Shown one piece after another: positions 56,980-64,000 of a DNA stretch of 64,000 bases. The stretch covers positions 620,001 to 684,000 of the forward strand of contig CAXHJY010000001.1 of NCBI GenBank assembly GCA_964016885.1. Reading direction: 5' to 3'. Each line of letters starts with the position of its first letter. Position 1 is the stretch's first letter. The position numbers and the translations under genes are program-made. This DNA is from Eledone cirrhosa (lineage: Eukaryota). A model generated the notes under the pieces. The model was not told where the DNA came from and did not search any database. It saw nothing but the letters and a program-made list of their open reading frames with translations.

Positions 56980-57518
56980 TCTATATATTAATTTCAACAA
57001 TGTCAATATTCCGTGTGTCATAATTCTCGATTATCATTGGTTCATAGGTTTCTAACGACTCCGCCCACCTCAACGACGCCAAACTTAAATTAATATGTAT
57101 AATGCCAATGAGAGAGTGAGAGGCGAGAGAGAGGCAAAGTGAACGCTGTGTTGGATACACTATGTATATGTGTCAGTGTAGAGACGTGTGTGTGTGTGAT
57201 GTGTGTGGAAATAAGAGGGGGAGTAAAGCAATAACTATTAACATGTGTGCGTGTGTATGTACGTGCGCGTATGTTTATGTATGTGTGCGTGCGTGCAGCG
57301 TTCCACAGAAAGTAAAAACTATCAACATGTGTGAGTGTGTGCGTGTGTAAGTTTGTGTGCGTGTATGTGTGTATACGTGCGGCGTTCCACAATCGCCACG
57401 CAGTTTATCTGTCTGTGTGCCTGTCTGTCAGTCTAACATACAGAGTTGTGAAGGGAGTAAATAGGGACCTTTTCTTTTATCATCTGTTTACCCGGGCGAA
57501 GCTGGGTACGTCAGCTCG
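56980..57518 (+). mobile_element. Non-autonomous Helitron in tandem with the preceding copy
   Basis: Starts TCTATATATTAATTT directly after CTAG, shares the 5' ~400 bp and the same hairpin, ends CTCG|T. Confidence 0.88.
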
Positions 57519-58417
57519 TGAAAATAATTAATGCTTTGATTCGTGAAGACGTTCCCTGGCAATGAACGGGAAAAAGAAGATAATACGTCGTTATGTGGAG
57601 CGGTGACAACAATTACACGTAAAGACAAAACCACGTTTATGGTGTAAATGGAGTCGTAGACTAATATTCTATTAAGGAAACTGAATGATGCTCGGCTTCG
57701 GAGTCCAGAATAATGTAAATAAATTAGTTGAACGAAAATGACAGATGTTATTAAAATCATAAAAGTAATAATAATTAAATATATACATACACACATTTAT
57801 ACACGAGCATATGCGAAAACTCACGGCATGCATGCATATACATATACGTACACATAAACAGGCGCGCACGGACGTAAACCGGCACAACACATATACCCGC
57901 ACACATACGATTGTATGCACCAAATACACATATAAATATATGTTTGTGTGTGTATATATACATATAATTATAAATACATATATAAATAAACACGCATAAA
58001 TGCGTATAGAACGCACACTCACACATACATACAGGTAAATACACATATGTTCACCAAACGTACATATACCAAAACCCTATGTACACATATACACACATAC
58101 ACACTCATTCATACACATATATACACATATACATACATACGTACATATATGTGTGTATATATATATATATAGAGAGAGAGAGCAGTTGTAATGGGTAATA
58201 TCGCTGCTATTTCTAGCAGTCAGTGAGACTACCTAGAGGTTTTCTTATTGATATATAATTGATATTTTATTGAGTGATACTTTCTGATTTACAATAAACT
58301 AAAAACGATTGGAACTGTGTCTGAAGGTATTAAATTATATCAGGGACTTTTAACGTATGACACCGGGAAGAGAGTTGAAACATACACAACGACACCGAGT
58401 ACCTGCTGCCTTCATTG

Positions 58418-59262
58418 CGGTGAATTGGCAGTATCGGTAGAGGCTCGGACGCCATGCTTTCCAGCATAGTTACGTCCCTTTACGATCTGAGTTCAAATCC
58501 TGCCGAGGTTGACTTTGCCTTTCATCCTTACGGGGTCGATAAAATAAAGTACCAGTAATGCACTGGTTAATTGCTGGCCTTGTGCCTAAAGTAGAAACAA
58601 TTATAACTTTAATTAATCTAATTATATCTTGTGTAACAATTATATATATATACACAAGTTTATTTCCCCGACATCAGTCTTACACTGTCATATCTATTCT
58701 TACTTTACAATTGTGTCTACTAAGAGTTCCATTACAATCTGTAGTAGTAAAACTACTATTTCACCAGAACATCTGCTATCAGTCATTTATAGACAATATA
58801 TATATTTTAGACCACATATCAACCTAATATATATATATTTCCTATCAAATCTGTAGCTAAAGACATAAAGTCATCCTCACTACTTCATTCTGACAAGATA
58901 TCAATTCATGACTAAAGATGAAGAAGATGCACCAACGTTAATGTCGTGAAATAAAGCTGATAACATCTTTGAAACTTTTAATTTGATAACAAAGAGATTA
59001 TTTCTTTGGTTGTTTAGTAACAACTAACAACACAACACATTGATTATATGTGAAGGAGGTAAGTTGACAAAGATTTACTTGAAGTCTATAATAATTATTT
59101 CTACTTTAGGCACAAGGCCAGCAATTACCCAGTGCATTACTGGTACTTTATTTTATCGACCCCGTAAGGATGAAAGGCAAAGTCAACCTCGGCGGGATTT
59201 GAACTCAGATCGTAAAGGGACGTAACTATGCTGGAAAGCATGGCGTCTGACCCTCTACCGAC
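58418..59262. mobile_element. Inverted pair of tRNA-derived SINEs (58418-58603 +, 59090-59262 -)
   Basis: Two highly similar copies in opposite orientation about 490 bp apart. Confidence 0.8.
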
Positions 59263-59281
59263 TTGAAGTCTATAATAATGA

Positions 59282-60365
59282 TAGCCACAAATACTAACTG
59301 CTATACTGTACATTATATAATGTAGTCCTAGATACACTATGTCTGATAGCCACTATACTGTACATTAGATAATGTAGTCCTAGATACACTATGTCTGATA
59401 GCCACTATACTGTACGTTAGATAATGTAGTCCTAGATACACTATGTCTGATAGACACTATACTGTACATTAGATAATGTAGTCCTAGATATACTATGTCT
59501 TACAGCCACTATACTGTACATTAGATAATGTAGTCCTAGATACACTATGTCTGATAGCCACTATACTGTACATTAGATAATGTAGTCCTAGGTACACTAT
59601 GTCTGATAGACACTATACTGTACATTAGATAATGTAGTGCTAGATACACTATGTCTGGTAGCCACTATACTGTACATTAGATAATGTAGTCCTAGATACA
59701 CTATGTCTGATAGCCACTATACTGTACATTAGATAATGTAGTCCTAGATACACTATGTCTTACAGCCACTATACTGTACATTAGATAATGTAGTCCTAGA
59801 TACACTATGTCTGATAGCCACTATATTGTATATTAGATAATGTAGTCCTAGATATACTATGTCTTACAGCCACTATACTGTACATTAGATAATGTAGTCC
59901 TAGATACACTATGTCTGATAGCCACTATACTGTACATTAGATAATGTAGTCCTAGGTACACTATGACTGATAGCCACTATACTGTACATTAGACAATGTA
60001 GTCCTAGATACACTATGTCTGATAGACACTATACTGTACATTAGACAATGTAGTCTTAGGTACACTATGTCTGATAGCCACTATACTGTACATTAGATAA
60101 TGTAGTCCTAGGTACACTATGTCTGATAGCCACTATTCTGTACATTAGATAATGGAGTCCTAGATACACTATGTCTGATAGCCACTATACTGTACATTAG
60201 ATAATGTAGTCCTAGATATACTATGTCTTATAGCCACTAATACTAACTACTGTACTGTACATTAGATAATGTAGTCCTAGATAAACTATGTCTTATAGCC
60301 ACTAATACTAACTACTGTACATTAGATAATGTGATCCTAGATACACTATGTCTGATAGTCACTAG
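59282..60365. repeat. 52-bp satellite (~21 units)
   Basis: Unit gccactatactgtacattagataatgtagtcctagatacactatgtctgata. Confidence 0.95.
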
Positions 60366-61221
60366 TATATACGTAGTTCTCAGGGAGATTCAGTAAGACG
60401 TATGGCATGGCTTCCCTTTGAAATACATGTAGAACCCGTCTTATATTATAATGTGTCTGAGTATTTCATTGACACGTATACCGTTGACATTCTTCTCAGG
60501 GAGATTCAGTGTGACAATTCTATGTAACAACGTTTCCACTATAATTATTACAACTTATTATCTTTGCCAGCTGGGTAAAATAAAACAAAGAGAAATAAAG
60601 TGTCTTGTTCAAGGCCCCGACGTACAGACCACCCGGTCTGGGATTCGAACTCACGAACCATACGTTCATGTACTGCGTGCTATCACCGCCTAAATCCGGT
60701 TTCCTCCACACAAAATACACCGGAATATTTTAATCCGGATTAATTCCGGAACGAGAATTACGATAAGTCGCTGAGAGTGATCTCCCTTGGCTGACTTTAA
60801 AATCTTTACTTCTTCCATTAGAAATTAATTTGTTTCATGTCCGATTGAAAGACTCTGGAGTTTTTACCTGTCTTGGGTTTAATTAATGAGGAATTTTGAG
60901 GTATTTATAACAATTATTAATTATTTCATTACTGAGATATCATTTGAAGGATTTACTGAAGTGTTTAATTATTAATTATTTTATTAGTAACTTCACATGT
61001 GGTTCTTGTATAAAATTATGTTGGAAGATTTTAGGAAGAAGATATGTAGCCGGTCTCAGTAAAATAGACCCCGAGGCTATGTAGCCGGTAAGTGTGTCAA
61101 ACACCATGTGTTGCGGCCCTTTATGGTCTGAATTGAGACAATTTAAATTTTTTTCCACCATGAATTGTTAAAAAACAAGTTAAAATCTTTTAGTTGTCCA
61201 TTCGTAATGTACGTTACACTT

Positions 61222-62135
61222 TAGTTACATACACACAGATCTACTGTGTTACATACACACACATCTACTGTGTTATATATACACAGATCTACTGTGTTAT
61301 ATATACACATCTACTGTGTTACATACACATCTACTGTGTTACATACACACATGTACTGTGTTACATACACATCTGTTTACATACACACACATCTACTGTG
61401 TTATATATACACATCTACTGTGTTACATACACATCTACTGTGTTATATATACACATCTACTGTGTTACATACACACACATCTACTGTGTTACATACACAT
61501 CTACTGTGTTATATATACACACACATCTAGTGTGTTACATACACATACATATACTGTGTTACACACACACACACATCTACTGATCTACTGTGTTACATAC
61601 ACACATCTGCTGAGTTACATACACACACATCTACTGTGTTACACACACACATCTGCTGAGTTACATACACACATCTGTGTTACATACACACACATCTACT
61701 ATGTTATATATACACATCTACTGTGTTACATACACATCTACTGTGTTACATACACACACATCTACTGTGTTATATATACACATCTGTGTTACATACACAT
61801 CTACTGTGTTATATATACACATCTACTGTGTTACATATACACACATCTACTGTGTTATATATACACATCTACTGTGTTACATACACATCTACTGTGTTAT
61901 ATATACACACACATCTAGTGTGTTACATACAAATACATATACTGTGTTACACACACACACACATCTACTGTGTTACATACACACACATCTGCTGAGTTAC
62001 ATACACACACATCTACTGTGTTACACACACACATCTGCTGAGTTACATACACACACATTTACTGGGTTACATACACACACATCTATTGTGTTACATACAC
62101 ACACATCTACTGTGTTACACACACACACATCTACA
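61222..62135. repeat. 20-26-bp minisatellite (catctactgtgttacata(ca)n)
   Basis: Direct tandem repetition with a variable CA run. Confidence 0.93.
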
Positions 62136-62582
62136 CATACATATTCCTAAATAGACACACAATACAAAATAATTATTACATACACACATCTATGTAATGA
62201 TTGAGGAAGGAATTGCCTTTTGAACAATTTACTAAAATTATTATTTCATTACTAAGATAATGTGTGAATACGCAATTATATGTGTGTGTGTATATATATA
62301 TAAACAGTATATATATAGTATACAAAAGATGTAGTGGGATAATGAGTAGTCTTGGTCATAATAAACTACCGAATCAATATTTTTGTCACAATTACAACTT
62401 TTATTTCGACATATTTCATTAATATATAGTTATATTATTAAGTTAATGTGACCAACACGTTAATTTTATTTAGTCTCCACATTTTCTTCCATGTTTAACA
62501 GATTCTACAGAAAATTGTTAATAAAATACATGTATATTTATTTATACACATGTAGGAGATACGTTTAATGATATGTATATTA

Positions 62583-62657
62583 CAGTGTCCCCCCAAAATG
62601 TATACACACTTACATAGACTGTAGTTGAAGTGTGTATACATTTTTGGGGAGACCCTG
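62583..62657. mobile_element. 75-bp TA-flanked miniature Tc1/mariner-like element
   Basis: TA|CAGTGTCCCCCCAAAATGTATACACACTT...AAGTGTGTATACATTTTTGGGGAGACCCTG|TA. Confidence 0.7.
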
Positions 62658-62917
62658 TATATATTTTATATACACATATATGTTAAAAGAAAAAATATAT
62701 ATATATATATTTATTATTTGTCTGACCCGAATTTTCTTGGTCGTTTTTTTCGGCTGTGCGAATGATTTTAAGCATTATCTCAGTGTGTTGGTATTTAAAC
62801 GTTAGTTATAGCTCTGGTTTATCCAAACTATTGAGCACTTTGATTGTGTTTCATTATTTCATGGGCCGAGATTCCGATTCTCGATAATTTATTTGTATAT
62901 ATATATATATAAACACA

Positions 62918-63297
62918 CACCTCTCAAAGGCGATGACACACGACCGTGACCTCTGGCGTCACGCAGTAATACAGAGTACCCGACCTCCCATGGGTTCAAG
63001 CTGAAGCATATAGACAATATGCCCCCACACCCTCCCACTGCAAAGTGGTCGTGGAGGTGCCACACAAAAAAAGCACCCAGCCCACACTGTAAAGTGGACG
63101 TATAGGCGCCACGGAAAAAAGCACGCAACACTCACTGTAAATGAGGTTGGTGTTAGGAAGGGCATCTGGCTATAGAAAAGCCAAAATCAGTTCCTGTATG
63201 AGCAAGGCATGGTCAGCCGACCAGACACTGCCCACAACAGGACAACCCGTCTAACCCATGCTAGCATGGAAGAACGGACGTAAAACGGTGATGATGA
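62918..63297 (+). mobile_element. RTE LINE 3' terminal fragment
   Basis: Close reverse-complement match to 29170-29552; ends gtaaaacggtgatgatga. Confidence 0.88.
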
Positions 63298-64000
63298 TTT
63301 ATAAAACTATATTTATTTTATTATACGATATTAACAAATGGAAACTATATTTATAAAACCATATCTATTTTATTATACATATTTCAAGGATACCATGTTA
63401 AATTATGGTATGCTTTCATCAGACAAAATACAATATATAACAGTTTTATAAATAAATATTGACATACCCTTACAAAATGCAACCGTTACTTTTGGAAGAC
63501 TCAGGGATAGTGGAGTTGTTTACTTATATTAGTATTTTTAAAATAAGTCGTAGTGTTACAGATAAGGAAAAGGACGGAGAGAGAGAAAAGGGAGAAAGAA
63601 AGAAAGAAAACAAGAAAAAAGAAAAAGGAGAGAAAAACGAGAGAGATATATCAAAACACCAGACAGAGAGAAAAATAGAGAGATAGAGAGAGGGGGAAAG
63701 AATGAACACATTAAGTCATGTCATATTAAGTTAACTTAACAATTGAGATGAAATGAATAAATAAAATTAGAAATATTAATAATCATGAATGGAATATACA
63801 TACATAATATGAGAAATTAATCATTGTTTAACTATGATTAGATATTTAGTTTAAAAATTGAGATCAATATATTAAAACTTGGAATCTAAACATTAAGAAA
63901 TCTATATATTGCTAAAGAACTACATATCATATAACACGTACACACACGCAAAAATACACATAAATATATATATATACACACACACTCACAAAATACACAC

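Overview
AT-rich, repeat-dense animal genomic DNA. The repeat families resemble octopod cephalopod repeats (inference from recall, not a search). Positions 68-34632 carry part of a + strand gene built from near-uniform 138-bp, phase-1/phase-1 exons, each encoding a 46-aa Cys-rich EGF-like module (CxxGxFGxxCxxxCHCxxxxxCxxxxGxCxxxxCxxGYxGxxCQ; MEGF10/CED-1/SREC-like repeat type). Nine exons are intact, one has an open frame but a mutated donor, and three are pseudo-exons, with further half-exon relics. The 5' end of the array is recently duplicated and decaying; the 3' end is older and more diverged. Three intronic satellites can be traced to their sources in the window: a 54-bp unit from the exon itself, a 31-bp unit from a hAT subterminal region and a 48-bp unit from a TTAA-flanked MITE end. 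Positions 34.8-58 kb are a stack of transposons mostly separated by (TA)n tracts: three RTE-type LINEs, a Penelope element with inverted pLTRs, a hammerhead-like motif and a captured host-intron copy, foldback MITEs, and a Helitron joined head-to-tail to a deletion derivative. Most long ORFs in the ORF track come from simple repeats or transposons.
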